DNA from: an uncultured Acidobacteriota bacterium
GTDB lineage: Bacteria; Acidobacteriota; Thermoanaerobaculia; Multivoradales; UBA5704
Assembly: GCA_963700145.1 (NCBI GenBank)
Contig: OY969474.1
Location: 3,040,001-3,104,000, forward strand
Length of the DNA: 64,000 nucleotides
Reading direction: 5' to 3'
A model generated the notes under the pieces. The model was not told where the DNA came from and did not search any database. It was given only the letters and a program-made list of their open reading frames with translations. A program made the translations under genes and the position numbers. Below are positions 63,333-64,000 of this stretch, piece after piece (positions within the stretch are counted from its first letter, which is position 1; every line of letters starts with the position of its first letter).

Positions 63333-63454
63333 GCACGTCTTCTCTTGGCGCTTCAAACTCCGTAATCGCTCGAAAGGCGCTGTGCGTAGCCGGAGCTCCG
63401 ACTGCTCGCGATTTCTTTCATCGCTTCCATGCTTGCCGTGCTCCCGAGGCTAAG

Positions 63455-64000
63455 TCAGAGTTTCGCCATCGCCAGCATCCTGCTCCTCCGCACCGCCCCG
63501 CAGTCCCAGTGCCAGGTCGGCCCCTGATACGGCACCTCCAGGTGCATCCACCAGCCCTTCTCCTTGGGCCACAGGCCCCGCTGCGCCTGCTTCCGCCGCC
63601 GGTTGTTGGCCGCCCACGGCAGCGGCATGTCCGAGCAGTCGTCCGGCCAGTCGTTCGGGACTCGTAGCGGAATCCCAAGCGCCTTTTCGCAGAAGGCAAG
63701 GATGGCGACGGTCGGGTCCAGCGTTGCCGCCTTCGGGAGCCACAGCTTCTGCTTGCTCCTCGCCACCATCTCGACCTGCACCTGCGCGTGGACGTTCGCA
63801 GTGTTGTTCCTGCCGGGCCGAAGGGTGGACGCCTGCACGTTGAGGGGCCGGCACTGGACGATCGTGTGCTCGCCGGCGATGAAGTGGGGGGCGGCGTTCT
63901 GCTGGCGGAGGGTGCGCCACGCCGCCTCCACGGTGTCGCCCTCGGTCGTGTGGAGGACGCCGATCAGGGTGCTGCCGTTGAGGTAGTACGGCTTGCCGCC
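63455..64000 (-). CDS. N-acetylmuramoyl-L-alanine amidase-like protein (5' partial)
   Basis: Frame is open to the window edge: VLHTTEG, APHF, QVE, H.EVP....HWDCG zinc-amidase pattern. Confidence 0.65.
   Translation of the reverse strand, partial: GGKPYYLNGSTLIGVLHTTEGDTVEAAWRTLRQQNAAPHFIAGEHTIVQCRPLNVQASTLRPGRNNTANVHAQVQVEMVARSKQKLWLPKAATLDPTVAILAFCEKALGIPLRVPNDWPDDCSDMPLPWAANNRRRKQAQRGLWPKEKGWWMHLEVPYQGPTWHWDCGAVRRSRMLAMAKL

Noticed and set aside
57299-63454. Classical integron attC sites
   Set aside because: No convincing RYYYAAC...GTTRRRY boxes were seen between genes and there is no integrase in the window

Overview
High-GC bacterial chromosome segment. It is probably Acidobacteriota (Thermoanaerobaculia-like), inferred from gene content and recalled C-terminal domains, not from a search. 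Most of it is core envelope and translation genes: argS, gatB, ftsEX, rlmN, tatA, cpoB, bamD, rpe, nfo, rseP, cdsA, uppS, truA and uvrD. It also has two ECF sigma/anti-sigma operons, each with a visible ECF-type promoter. No rRNA, tRNA, CRISPR array, integrase or transposase was seen. Three accessory regions stand out. (1) At 0.9-1.2 kb, a 161-bp MITE has perfect 27-bp inverted repeats and a 10-bp target duplication and lies next to a REP-like repeat. (2) At 13.4-16.7 kb, a vapBC pair is preceded by 11 palindromic 12-bp cores in exact 21-bp phase, and an FG-GAP gene is bracketed by a duplicated gene 3' end. (3) At 57-64 kb, a more AT-rich island carries a DprA+PRTase (ShosTA-like) module bracketed by two symE-like direct repeats, followed by a secreted protease, a TIGR04141/DUF6119-like gene and an amidase. 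Many single-base frameshifts between 42 and 52.6 kb are probably assembly errors.
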